From: Elusimicrobiota bacterium | Lineage (GTDB): Bacteria; Elusimicrobiota; Elusimicrobia; UBA1565 | DNA length: 64,000 nt | Assembly: GCA_043819795.1 (NCBI GenBank) | Contig: JBDREN010000096.1 | Location: forward strand, 1-64,000 | Direction of reading: 5' to 3' | Shown here: piece by piece, positions 48,001 to 58,200 of the stretch | How positions within the stretch are numbered: the stretch's first letter is position 1 | Layout of the letters: each line of letters starts with the position of its first letter | Program-made: the position numbers and the translations under genes | Notes under the pieces: generated by a model | Told to the model about the DNA's origin: nothing | The model's input: only the letters and a program-made list of their open reading frames with translations | Database searches by the model: none

Positions 48001-48019
48001 CGGTGTCAGCCTGACGCCG
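48001..48019. repeat. Minimal GGYGTCAG palindrome in a divergent promoter region
   Basis: CGGTGTCAG-C-CTGACGCCG, built from the RAYT terminal motif. Confidence 0.45.
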
Positions 48020-48078
48020 TTTTTGCCATAATACCCCGCGGCTTGCCGCCGATACTCCGAAGGAGGCGTCGATACACC

Positions 48079-49326
48079 ATGAACGTGCTCGTTTTGAACT
48101 GCGGATCATCCACCGTCAAATTTCAGATCATCCAGACCGACAAGGACCTCATCGAGGCCGACAAGGACAAGCGGCTGGCCGAAGGCGTCATCGAGCGCAT
48201 CGGCAGCCAGTGCCTGATCACGATCAAGGTCGGGGGGAACCATAAGGAGAAGAAGGCCATGCCCCTGCGGGACCACCGGGAGGCCATCGACTTCATCCTG
48301 CGATGGATCATCTCCCAGGAGTCGAAGATCGAGAGCGTCAACTCCTTGGCGGACATCCACGCGGTGGGCCACCGGGTGGTGCACGGGGGCGAGCGTTTCC
48401 GCATGTCGGCGCGGATCGGCAAAGACGTCCTGGAGGAGATCGAGGAGTGCGTGGAGCTCGCTCCCCTGCACAACCCGGCCAATCTCAAGGGCATCCGCGC
48501 CGCCCAGCAGCTTTTGGGCGAGGGAGTGCCCCAGGTGGCGGTGTTCGACACCTCGTTCCACTCCACCATGCCGGAGACCTCCTACCTCTACGGCATCCCC
48601 TACCAGCTCTACCGGCGCTACAAGATCCGCCGCTACGGCTTCCACGGGACCTCCCACCGCTACGTGGCCTACCGGTACCGGAGGATGCACGGCCTGGAGC
48701 CCAAGCAGGTCAACATCATTACCCTGCACCTGGGCAACGGCGCCTCCGCGTGCGCCATCAAGGCCGGCGCGTCCGTGAACACGTCCATGGGCTTCACGCC
48801 CCTGGAGGGACTCATCATGGGCACCCGCGCGGGCAACATCGACCCCTCCATCATCGAGTTTCTCGTTCATAAGGAGGGGATGAGCCTCAACCAGGTGGAC
48901 ACCTTGCTCAACAAGCAGTCCGGGCTTCTGGGCCTTTCCGGGCTGACCAGCGACATGCGGGAGCTTCTGGCGGAGGAGGCGGAGAACCAGGACCGCAGGT
49001 CGCGCCTGGCTATCGACCTCTTTTGCGCGAGGGTGCAGCTCTACATCGGCGGCTACCTGGCGCAGATGGGCGGGGCGGACGCGGTGATCTTCACCGGCGG
49101 CATCGGCTCCAACTCGGCTCCCGTGCGGGAGAGGATCTGCGCGCCCCTGGGCTGCATCGGGCTCAGCTTGGACAAGGGGAAGAACGGAGCGGCCCTTCCC
49201 GACGAATGCGCCCATATCAGCGCGGATGACTCGCCGCTCAAGGTTTTCGTGATCCCGACCGACGAGGAGCTCCTGATCGCCCGGGACACGGTCCGGGTGG
49301 TCAAGAACATCCCGAGGCGCTGGTAG
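48079..49326 (+). CDS. ackA: Acetate kinase
   Basis: VLNCGSS, GHRVVHGG, APLHNP, FDTSFH, YGFHGTSH, HLGNGAS, MGFTPLEG..MGTR, FTGGIG, PTDEE. AGGAGG RBS. Confidence 0.96.
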   Translation: MNVLVLNCGSSTVKFQIIQTDKDLIEADKDKRLAEGVIERIGSQCLITIKVGGNHKEKKAMPLRDHREAIDFILRWIISQESKIESVNSLADIHAVGHRVVHGGERFRMSARIGKDVLEEIEECVELAPLHNPANLKGIRAAQQLLGEGVPQVAVFDTSFHSTMPETSYLYGIPYQLYRRYKIRRYGFHGTSHRYVAYRYRRMHGLEPKQVNIITLHLGNGASACAIKAGASVNTSMGFTPLEGLIMGTRAGNIDPSIIEFLVHKEGMSLNQVDTLLNKQSGLLGLSGLTSDMRELLAEEAENQDRRSRLAIDLFCARVQLYIGGYLAQMGGADAVIFTGGIGSNSAPVRERICAPLGCIGLSLDKGKNGAALPDECAHISADDSPLKVFVIPTDEELLIARDTVRVVKNIPRRW

Positions 49327-49342
49327 GGGCTCGGGCGGCCCC

Positions 49343-50728
49343 ATGCCGCCTGACGGCTTTCGCGCCAACCTGACCGAAGGGCCGGTGGGTAAGACGCTCG
49401 CCTCCCTGGCCCTGCCCACGGTCTGGGGCATCTTTTCCATCATCGCCTTCAACCTCGCGGACACGTATTTCGTCGGGCAGCTCGGCACCAAAGAACTGGC
49501 GGCCCTCAGCTTCACTTTCCCGGTCGTCATGGCCATGGGGAGCCTGGCCTTAGGCCTGGCGGTGGGGACGTCCTCGCTCGTCGCCAGGGCGATCGGGGAG
49601 GGCGACCGGCTCCGGGTGCGGCGGCTGACCACCAACAGCCTCACGCTCTCGCTGCTCGTCGTCGGCGTCTTCGTGGCCTGCGGGCTGCTCACGATCGATC
49701 CCTTGTTCGCGGCGCTCGGCGCGGGTCCCGAGGTCCGGCCCCTGATCCGGGAGTACATGAGGATCTGGTATCCGGGCATGGTCTTCGTTGTCATCCCCAT
49801 GGTCGGCTGCGGAGCCATACGCGGCGCGGGGGACGCCAAGACACCGAGCCTGATCATGACCGTCGCGGCCGGGGCCAACGTCGTGCTCGACCCCCTGCTC
49901 ATCTTCGGCTTGGCGGGCATGCCGCGTCTGGAGCTCGAGGGCGCGGCCATCGCCACGGTCATATCGAGGGCGTTGACGCTCGCGGCCTCTCTTTGGATCC
50001 TGCACTACCGGGAGCGGATGCTGCTCCTTTCCGCCCAGCGCTGGGGGGACATGCTCCGGTCGTGGAGGGACATCCTGGCGATCGGGCTGCCGGCCGGGGC
50101 GGCGAACATGATCGTGTCGTTTTCCATGGGCGTCATCGTGAGCTTCGTGGCGGGCTTCGGGCCCGAGGCGGTCGCGGGCTTCGGCGTGGCCACCCGGATC
50201 GAGGCGTTCACCATGATCGTCCTGATCGCTTTGGCCTCCAGCGTCGGGCCCTTCGTCGGGCAGAACTGGGGGGCCGGCCGCTTCGACCGGGTCCACTTGG
50301 CGCTCCGGCAGAGCTTCCTTTTCTCCTTGATATGGGGGCTTGTCATGGTCGCGGTCCTCGCCGCGGCGGGCGGGAGGCTCGCCGCCCTCTTCGATCCGGA
50401 CCCGCGCGTCGTCGCGGTCGCCGCCGGCTACCTTTGTATCGTGCCCTTGGGCTATGGGGCCGAGGGAGTCGGGACCATCGGCCGCTCCGCCTTCTTCGGG
50501 CTGGGGATGCCCGGGAAGGCCACGGGTCTGACCGCGGTCCGGATGCTGGTCCTGTATATCCCGATGGCCTGGGCGGCCTCGCGCTGGTTCGGTATCGACG
50601 GGATCTTCGCCGCGGCGGTCGTCACGGCCGCCCTGATCGCCCTGGCTACCTACGCGCTCTGCCGCCGGATCTCCCGGGGGAAGCCGGCCGCCTTCGTCCC
50701 GGAGGAGCGCGGCCAAGCGATGGTCTAG
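49343..50728 (+). CDS. MATE family efflux transporter
   Basis: LTEGPV, LALP, DT.FVGQLG..ELAA, RGAGDAKTP, N.VLDPLLIFG, GAAIAT, GQNWGAG...R. Confidence 0.93.
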   Translation: MPPDGFRANLTEGPVGKTLASLALPTVWGIFSIIAFNLADTYFVGQLGTKELAALSFTFPVVMAMGSLALGLAVGTSSLVARAIGEGDRLRVRRLTTNSLTLSLLVVGVFVACGLLTIDPLFAALGAGPEVRPLIREYMRIWYPGMVFVVIPMVGCGAIRGAGDAKTPSLIMTVAAGANVVLDPLLIFGLAGMPRLELEGAAIATVISRALTLAASLWILHYRERMLLLSAQRWGDMLRSWRDILAIGLPAGAANMIVSFSMGVIVSFVAGFGPEAVAGFGVATRIEAFTMIVLIALASSVGPFVGQNWGAGRFDRVHLALRQSFLFSLIWGLVMVAVLAAAGGRLAALFDPDPRVVAVAAGYLCIVPLGYGAEGVGTIGRSAFFGLGMPGKATGLTAVRMLVLYIPMAWAASRWFGIDGIFAAAVVTAALIALATYALCRRISRGKPAAFVPEERGQAMV

Positions 50729-50927
50729 ACTGGAGTTCCTGAGCTAAATTTTAGAAAAAACCTTTAATAATAATACACTTCGCCGATTCTTGGTTCGCAT
50801 TTATAGTCAGTAACGCTCCGTCGAGAAATCGTATTTTGCGTAGTCACTCCAGTGAAGCCGGTTTTTCATTGATCTGACGATATTCCAAGCATATTTTCAA
50901 AATCGAGCTCAGGAACTCCAGTCTAGA
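50724..50927. mobile_element. 204-bp AT-rich MITE with perfect 22-bp terminal inverted repeats
   Basis: TCTAGACTGGAGTTCCTGAGCT (50724-50745) / AGCTCAGGAACTCCAGTCTAGA (50906-50927). CTAG at both ends; the left CTAG contains the MATE stop codon. Confidence 0.8.
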
Positions 50928-50936
50928 GCACCGCTA

Positions 50937-51040
50937 AGGTGTAACTTGTTAACTGACTACGGGCGCCTATTTTGCGACGGCGTGGACGCCAAGGCAGTTT
51001 CGATCCTCCTACTTAGTTAACAAAGTTAACACCTGACGCC
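50937..51040. repeat. REPIN-like ~100-bp inverted-repeat element
   Basis: AGGTGTAACTTGTTAACT at left; AGTTAACAAAGTTAACACCTGACGCC at right. The right end reads GGCGTCAGG on the minus strand, as in the RAYT IRs. Confidence 0.6.
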
Positions 51041-51789
51041 TATTTTTTCTCGATAGTGGTCGTCGGGGACTCGAATGCGCTATTGAGCATCTCGGGTGGG
51101 ATGTCGGGAGGGTGCGAAAGAGCGCTGGGATTGGGCGACTCGGGGTCCCGGGCGGGCACGCCGATCACGGGGGAATGGTCGATCGGCTCGAACCCGCCGT
51201 CGGGCGCGCCCGGCGGAAGGGCGGGAACCTCCAGGGTCTGGGTCATGATCTTCGTGGCTTCTCCGCTCTTGATGTCCACGCTGCGCAGCTCGTAGAGGAA
51301 GCTTTCCTCGATGGCCGGCTCAGCCTCCGCGTCCTCGGCGTTCTCTTCGCCCTGCGCGCCTTCCGGAGGCGGGGCGGCCGCCGCTTTCTCGCTCGCGGCG
51401 GCTTTCTCCTTCTCGGTCTCCTTGGGCAGCGCGGACTCGACCATGTAGAGCAGCTGTTTTTCGTCCGGCGTCCACGTCAGCCCAATGGCGTTGTCCTTGA
51501 CGAGCGTGCGCGTACTCCCTTTCTTGAGGTCCACAAGGACGATGCCTTTGTCCCGCATCGCGAACGCCAGGTACTTGCCGCCCGGAGAGGGGACGATCGT
51601 CGCGGCCCTTCCGCCGCTGTCGGTCCCCACGCCGATTTCCAGGGGGGTGGTCTTCCCGCTGCGGGCGTCGACGAGGAAATCCTTGCCGTTCGGGAACTGG
51701 ACCAGCGTGTAGCGGGAGGCGGTCGCGGCCGAGGAGGCTAGGCAAGCCGCCAGGAAAGCGGCGGCCACCGGCGAGCTGAGTCGGTTCAT
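51040..51789 (-). CDS. Secreted protein with TolB/WD40-like beta-propeller blades and acidic/Pro-rich tail
   Basis: Signal peptide, PSPGGKYLAF, LTWTPDEKQLLY, VDIKSGEAT. AGGAGA RBS. Confidence 0.7.
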   Translation of the reverse strand: MNRLSSPVAAAFLAACLASSAATASRYTLVQFPNGKDFLVDARSGKTTPLEIGVGTDSGGRAATIVPSPGGKYLAFAMRDKGIVLVDLKKGSTRTLVKDNAIGLTWTPDEKQLLYMVESALPKETEKEKAAASEKAAAAPPPEGAQGEENAEDAEAEPAIEESFLYELRSVDIKSGEATKIMTQTLEVPALPPGAPDGGFEPIDHSPVIGVPARDPESPNPSALSHPPDIPPEMLNSAFESPTTTIEKK

Positions 51790-51822
51790 GGTGTCTCCTG
51801 ACGTGACATCTTGGGATAGGTC

Positions 51823-52869
51823 TTAGCAGCGCGAATCGGAATACGCGTACGCCGTGCAGTCCGTCCAGCCGAAGATCACGGTGTAGCCGTAGCGTTTGCC
51901 CTCGATGTAGCGGCACTTGGGAGGATTGGCGGCCCCCGCCCACCCGCCCGGGGTCGTGCAACTGGGCTCGTTGTTGACGGCGGATCCCCATCGGTCGTAG
52001 ACCGCGTAGCAGGTCCGCGGCACCCAGTTCTTGAGCCTCGGGCTCGAGCAGGTCGGCAGGGGGGCCTGCCCTCCCGGTGGGCCCGGCGGGCCCTGCGGGC
52101 CCCGCGGGCCCGTGGGGCCGAGGGACCCCTGCCCGCATCTGGGTCCCACGTCTCCCGCGGGGCCGTCCGGGCCCTTCGGCCCTTTGCCTCCACGGATGCC
52201 CGGACCGCCCGGAATGGGCGTGAGCGAGACGGCCACTTCCTTGCCGTCCGGTCCCTTGTAGTACAGCCTGCCGTCCGACCTGGCGTAGAGCACCACGTGG
52301 CCGGGGTCCGGCCTGGTCGGCGGCAGCATCTTGCTGAAGAACACCGCCCCTCCGATGTCGATGGAGCCGTCGGCGCCCTTCCGGACGAAGGCGTCCGGCT
52401 CGTCCCCCTGAAAGAGCGATGCGTTGACGCTGTAGGGCAGGGTACCCAGCCGCTTGCGGGGCGAAAGGATGGCGCCCCCGAGCTCGATCTCGAGCCAAGT
52501 GTCCGGCCCGCTGAAGATGGCGGGGCTCCACCCGCTTACGGACCCGAGGCGGACCGAGAAGAGGCCGCTCGTCACATGGACGTTGAACTGTGTCTCCTCC
52601 CACAGCTTCTGTCCGAGAGTCTCGTTGTCGTAGACGCGGAAGGTGAGGTCCCGCAGCCCGCTGAGCGGCTCCCCCGAGGGATCGCTCAGGATGCCCTCGT
52701 AGTTGAGGACGCGGGGAATCTCGGCCTGGGAAGGCGACTCGGAGAGGACGACGATCGCGGCGCCCGCCAACGAACCGCCCGAGAAGAACGCCGGCCACGG
52801 GCCCACGGGAGAAGCCGCGAGGACGGCCGAGAGGCCGAGCCTAAGATGGGTCCCCAGATTCTTCCTCAT
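51823..52869 (-). CDS. Secreted collagen-like protein, paralogue C
   Basis: [12 protein letters not shown]-domain, LWEETQ, LYYK neck, 16 triplets (one Gly->Cys), Cys-rich C-domain with SCTT.GGWAG. Confidence 0.85.
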   Translation of the reverse strand: MRKNLGTHLRLGLSAVLAASPVGPWPAFFSGGSLAGAAIVVLSESPSQAEIPRVLNYEGILSDPSGEPLSGLRDLTFRVYDNETLGQKLWEETQFNVHVTSGLFSVRLGSVSGWSPAIFSGPDTWLEIELGGAILSPRKRLGTLPYSVNASLFQGDEPDAFVRKGADGSIDIGGAVFFSKMLPPTRPDPGHVVLYARSDGRLYYKGPDGKEVAVSLTPIPGGPGIRGGKGPKGPDGPAGDVGPRCGQGSLGPTGPRGPQGPPGPPGGQAPLPTCSSPRLKNWVPRTCYAVYDRWGSAVNNEPSCTTPGGWAGAANPPKCRYIEGKRYGYTVIFGWTDCTAYAYSDSRC

Positions 52870-52880
52870 GGCGGAGCGTC

Positions 52881-53891
52881 TCAGCATTTTCCTTCCGAGT
52901 AGCTGTTGGCGGTGCATGTAGTCGTCCGCCAGTGGACCGTGTATCCGTTCCTATAGCCGTCAGTGTATGTGCACGTCGGAGGCACGGCGGTGCCCGCCCA
53001 GCCGGCGTTCGTCGTGCAGCTGGCCAAATGCGCGTGCAATACGGCACTCCCCCACTGGGTGAGGCTCGCCCTGCAGGTGCGCGCTCTCCAATTGACCAAC
53101 TTGTAATTAGACGGCGTACAGGTCTGGGCCGCCGGCGCGGACGCCGTCCCTCCCATGGGCCCCCGGGGTCCCTGGAGTCCCCGGGATCCGGTCAAGCCGA
53201 TATCCCCGTCGTGGCCCTTGGGCCCCGTATCCCCCCTCGGTCCCCTGGCTCCCATATCGCCCGGCGGCCCGGGCAGGCCTTTGGGGCCCTGGGCTCCCGG
53301 CGACGAGATGTCGGCTATCTGGCCCAGATCGTTCTTATAGTAGAGCACTCCGTCGGCCACGTAGAGGACGAGCTTCCCGTAGTCCGGCTTGGCCGGCACG
53401 GCGATCTCGGGAAGGAACAGCCCCCCGGGCTCGAATTCGGCGAGGCCGTCGTCGTTGCGCAGCATGAAGGCGTCGAGCCCGAGCCCGCCGAAGAGCTCCG
53501 AGTTCGCGGCGTACGGGCTCGTGACCAGACGCTTGCGCGGCGACAGGACCGACCCGTCCATCTCGATCTCCAGCCACGCGGTGTCGGCCGCGAACACGGC
53601 CGGGCTCCAACTCGCGACGGCTCCCAGCCGGACCGCGAAGATGCCGTTCGCGACCGGGACGTTCGCCTGGGTCTCCTCCCACAGCTTCTGCCCGAACGCT
53701 TGGGCGTCGTAGATGCGGAAGGTCAGGTCCTTGAGCCCGTTGACCGGCGCGCCGGCCGTCGCGGCCAGCAGGCCCTGATAGTTGATGAGCCGCGGCACCT
53801 CGGCTCGGGCGGTGGACATCAGATAGGCGGAGGCGGCCACGACGAGCAATGGGCCTGCTATCCAAAATCCGGTTCCGCGACGGGTCATCAT
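52881..53891 (-). CDS. Secreted collagen-like protein, paralogue B
   Basis: Signal peptide, EVPRLINYQG.L, LWEETQ, LYYKND.G, 16-17 Gly-X-Y triplets, C-domain SCTTNAGWAG. GAGGAG RBS. Confidence 0.85.
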   Translation of the reverse strand: MMTRRGTGFWIAGPLLVVAASAYLMSTARAEVPRLINYQGLLAATAGAPVNGLKDLTFRIYDAQAFGQKLWEETQANVPVANGIFAVRLGAVASWSPAVFAADTAWLEIEMDGSVLSPRKRLVTSPYAANSELFGGLGLDAFMLRNDDGLAEFEPGGLFLPEIAVPAKPDYGKLVLYVADGVLYYKNDLGQIADISSPGAQGPKGLPGPPGDMGARGPRGDTGPKGHDGDIGLTGSRGLQGPRGPMGGTASAPAAQTCTPSNYKLVNWRARTCRASLTQWGSAVLHAHLASCTTNAGWAGTAVPPTCTYTDGYRNGYTVHWRTTTCTANSYSEGKC

Positions 53892-53916
53892 CGGTCGTTT
53901 CTCCTCACATAAGGCA

Positions 53917-54885
53917 TCAGCGCGCAGCGCAAGTCTTCCAAGACCACTGGACGGTATACGCCGAAATCCTGGTCCCCTCCACGTAGCGGCAGGTCGGGGC
54001 GCCCGCATTCCCGGCCCATCCGCCGCTCGTCGTGCAGCTGGGCTTGAGCGAACGGGCCGCCCCCCACTGGCTGATGCTCGAGGTGCAGGTCGTCGGCCTA
54101 TAGCGCGTTAACTCGCTGGAGTAGCTCTGGCGCGGGGGCGGCGGCGCGAGCGGACCCGGGGCGCCGGGCGGCCCCTGCGGCCCGGGATACCCCGGCGGTC
54201 CGACGTCGCCTCTCGGGCCCGGGGATCCGGTCAAGCCCTGGGCTCCGGCCAGCCCCGCCGGCCCCGTGTCTCCGGGTTCGCCGCGCGCGCCGGCGCGGGC
54301 CTCGGTCGCCAGATCGGTCTCCAGCCCGTCGTCGTTCTTGAAGTACAGCCGCCCGTCCCGGGCGTAGAGCACTCCAAGGCCCGTCGTCGGCGTGTCCGGA
54401 GGCTCCGCCATGTTCTGGAAAACGATCCCGCCCCCCACGTCCACGGAACCGTCGGGTGCCGGACGGTAGAATACGCTGATCTCCTTGCCCCCGATGAGCG
54501 CCGCGTTGGCGGCGTAGGGGACGGCGACCAGCCTCTTGCGCGGCGTGAAGGCCGATCCGCCGATCTCGATCTCCAGAAAAGAGTCGCCGCCGGCGAATAT
54601 CGCCGGGCTCCACCCGTTCGCTGCGCCGAGCCGCACCGAGAAGAGCCCCCGCAGGATCTGGACGTTCTGCTGGGTCTCCTCCCAGAGCTTGTTCCCGAGC
54701 ACCTCGGCGTCGTAGATCCGGAAGGTGATGTCCCGCAACCCCTGGACGGGCGCCCCCGATGCGTCGCTCAGCCTGCCTTGATACGGGATGAGGCTGGGCA
54801 CCTCGGCCCGGGCGGAGCCCAGACCGGCGGGAGCAAGGGCGAGGATGACGCCCAGGCTTGCTTTTCGGGACACGGCTCCAATCAT
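53917..54885 (-). CDS. Secreted collagen-like protein, paralogue A
   Basis: Signal peptide, [26 protein letters not shown], 16 Gly-X-Y triplets, C-domain [10 protein letters not shown]. Confidence 0.85.
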   Translation of the reverse strand: MIGAVSRKASLGVILALAPAGLGSARAEVPSLIPYQGRLSDASGAPVQGLRDITFRIYDAEVLGNKLWEETQQNVQILRGLFSVRLGAANGWSPAIFAGGDSFLEIEIGGSAFTPRKRLVAVPYAANAALIGGKEISVFYRPAPDGSVDVGGGIVFQNMAEPPDTPTTGLGVLYARDGRLYFKNDDGLETDLATEARAGARGEPGDTGPAGLAGAQGLTGSPGPRGDVGPPGYPGPQGPPGAPGPLAPPPPRQSYSSELTRYRPTTCTSSISQWGAARSLKPSCTTSGGWAGNAGAPTCRYVEGTRISAYTVQWSWKTCAAR

Positions 54886-55015
54886 CTATATCCTACCGCT
54901 TCGGTGCGCCTGATTTTGATTACGGCACTTCCCGGCCCACGAGAGCGACCGCGCATGCCCTCAGCGTGCCAACCAGGGATAATCGTCTCCTTTCTGGAAA
55001 CCCACCGGGTGGCTA

Positions 55016-55048
55016 ATATTATTTAGCTCCAAATCCTCGGAAAGTCAA
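55016..55048 (-). promoter_or_regulatory. Putative sigma70 promoter for the collagen operon
   Basis: Minus-strand TTGACT (55048-55043) followed by AT-rich AAATAATAT, in an AT-rich intergenic region. Spacing is imperfect. Confidence 0.35.
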
Positions 55049-55207
55049 GGACAAACTCTTGACAAAGGATAAGAAAAAGCGGTTATTCTAAAGCGATAAT
55101 TTTTTTTTGTCAGGTCGGAGGGCCAAAAAAAGGGGCAATGGACAGGGAACGTCCCCCAAAGATATGCTCTCCGGCCCAGGCCTGGAGGTCCGGCTTCTTC
55201 CTCTATA

Positions 55208-58200
55208 TTACCTCACGACCGCGAACTTTCCGGCTTTGCGGACGCTCGCGTCGCCCGATTTCTCCGCCACGATGGTGTAGAGATACACTCCGCTGGGGAT
55301 ATGCCCCTGCCAGGCGTATTCGTACGCGTACTTCGGCCCGCTCCCGTCGTCGATCACGGGCGGCGTGGATTCCATCGTCGTCTGGTGCACCTGCTGGCCC
55401 GCGATGTTGTATATCCGGACCGTCACCTTGTCCGCGATCCCCACCGCCACGTGGATCGTGGGCACCGCACCGCCCACCGCCGGGTTCGGGAACACGTAGA
55501 GGTCGCGCAGGGTGAAGGTCGGGTCCGCGCCTTCGGGCGACAGGGCCGTGGCTGAGGCCGGCGTGGCGTCTCCATCCCCGTCCGCGCCGTACGTATCCGG
55601 AGCCTCATTGGAGAGCACGATCGAGTTCCCGTTCATCCCCATATACCCCGTGAACAGGCGCCCGCCGAACTGCGAGCCGCCGCCGAACGCCATCGTCGCC
55701 GTCGGAGCGTACAGGATCGCCGCCATGCGCCCATTGCTCTTGATGTCGATACCGGCTGCATGGTTGACGAAGATCATCAGGTCACCCGGCCTCTCCGCGC
55801 CGGTGTTCACGTTCGCCGAGTTGATGGAGATGGCCCCTTCCACCAGGATGCCCACCTCCCCCGAGACCCGAAGCTCCGCGCCGCCGCTCAGCTTGATGCC
55901 CTTAAGCAGATAGGTCCCGGCCGGCAGCGTCACGATCTGGCTGAGGACCTCCAGCTCACCCTTCTTGTTGATGTACCCCGCGATCGGGTTGTTCGGGTCC
56001 GTCGCTAGGTTGTGCGCCACCACGTACTCTCTGACGGCCGCGAGGTCGAAGGGCGCCGGATCGAGCGGCAGCTCCCCGCCCGTCTCCGTGATGGCGCCCG
56101 TGATCGTGCTGTTCTCGTTCTTCTCGACCGTCGGAGCCGTGGCGTCCCCGTCCAACATCACGGTCCCGTCGAGCGACACCGGGCCGTTGGAGATCATGTT
56201 GCCCAGGAAGTCCACCGTCCCGCCGAACACCACCTCGCCCGTCTTGCCCACTCCGGCGGTCTGGTTGATGTTCATCACGCCGCCCACGTTGAACTCCACC
56301 GTACGCTCCTCTTCGGTGTTGTTCACCTGGTCCACGCTCCAGTAGGTCACCGTATGCACGCCCTCCGCCAGCGTGAACGGCGTCAGGTACAGGACCTTGG
56401 GCGCTCCGTCGATCCGGTACTGGATCTGCTTGACGCCCGAGGCCACCCCGCCCACGGCCGGGGCCAGCGGGTCCTCCGCCGTCAGGCTCAGCTCCGTCTC
56501 GGTCCCGATGAAGATCTGCCCGAACTGATACCTCACCGGCTCCGCGACGTGCAGCTCCGACACCGGCGGGGTGTGGTCCACGCCGATCGTGATGAACTTG
56601 TGGCCTTCCTGGATCGGGCCGAGCCGGTAGCCTTCCTCGTTGCCCCGCTTGTCCACGCTGAAGTACTCCAACTGGTGCGGCCCCTCCTGCGACAGGTTGA
56701 AGGCCACCACGTCGTGCTCCACGTTCTGGCGGATGAACAGAGCCTCGGGCCCGTCGATCGTCACGTCCCTGTAGAACGTCCACTGCACGTCGAAGACGAC
56801 CCCGCCGTCATCCGGGTCCACCGCGCTCAGCGAGTTCATCGCACCCGCGTCCAGGAACACGTCCACCTCCATCGGAGTGCCCTTCACCGTGCTCGAGCTG
56901 CCCGAGTGCGCGATCTCGGTCGCCGGCGGCTCCACGTCCACCGTCACATCCAGGGAATCGGAGGTGGCCCCGTCGTCGTCGTCGGTGATCGTGGCCTTCA
57001 TGACGAAGTGGCCGTTGTTCTTGTACTGGTGCAGGCGCGAGACCGTGCCGTCCGCGCCCAAGGTCGAGCCCGGCGGGCCGAAGGGCGCCTCGCTGAGCTC
57101 GGGCGCGTACACGGGCTCGATGACGCCGTCTCCCCAATCGATCATGGCCGGACTGTGGGTGTCCAGGGTCCCCTTGTCGTTGAACATGATCGCGTCCGCC
57201 GACACCAGTTGGTCCGGGCCGATGGGCACGCTGGCCTGCTGGCCGTCGGGCAGGCGGACGCTCATGAATCGCGGGGTGATGTGCCCGCCGATGTGGATGT
57301 AGCCGTTGGCGGCCGCGGTGTTGTCGGACCCTGCGTCGACCGTGGGCGCCACGTTGTTCACCGTGATGACCAAAGTGTCGCAGGTCTCGGCCAGATCGTC
57401 GTCCTTCACGCAGGTCGTGACCGTGTAGTCTCCGTTATCGGCGTAGACGTGCTCGCCGGCGATGGTCCCGTTGGCCCCGGCCGTGTTGCCGGGCGGTCCG
57501 AACGGAGCCTCGGCAACCGCGCCGATGTCTATGGCCGTGCCATCGCCCCAGCTGATGGTGGCCGTATGGGTGTCGAGCGTGCCCAGATCATTGAAGGTGG
57601 ACGGCGCCAGGCTGATCGTGACGCCCTCCTCCACCGTCAGGTCGGCGCCCGCGTCGATCGTCGGCGTGACGTTGGTGACCGTCATCGTCAGGGTGTCGTC
57701 TATGGTCGCGCCGTCGTCGTCGGTCACCGTCACCCTCACCGTGTAGGTCCCGTTGTCGGCGTACACGTGGCTGCCGGCGATCGAGCCGTTCGCCCCGGCC
57801 GTGTTGCCGGGCGGTCCGAAGGGCGCCTCGGCAACCGCGCCGATGTCTATGGCCGTGCCATCGCCCCAGCTGATGGTGGCCGTATGGGTGTCGAGCGTGC
57901 CCAGGTCGGCGAACGCGGACAGCGCGAGGCTGACCGCGCCGGCCTGGGCGCAGGTCTGGCCGTGGCGCGGATAGGCGATCTCCCAATTGGCGGCCACGGT
58001 ATCCGACGGTACCGCTCCCAGATTCCCGCCGTAGGACGCCCCGTAGTACACCACGTCGACGGCATCGTGCACGGGCTGAGGCACCGCGGGCTGCAATCCC
58101 GCGTCCGTCTGGGTGTCGGCCACGGTCGAGACGCTGCCCGATCCCGCGGGAGAGGTGAACGTGCACGTCGCGGAATCCCGCCCCCCGCCGAGATGCGTGA

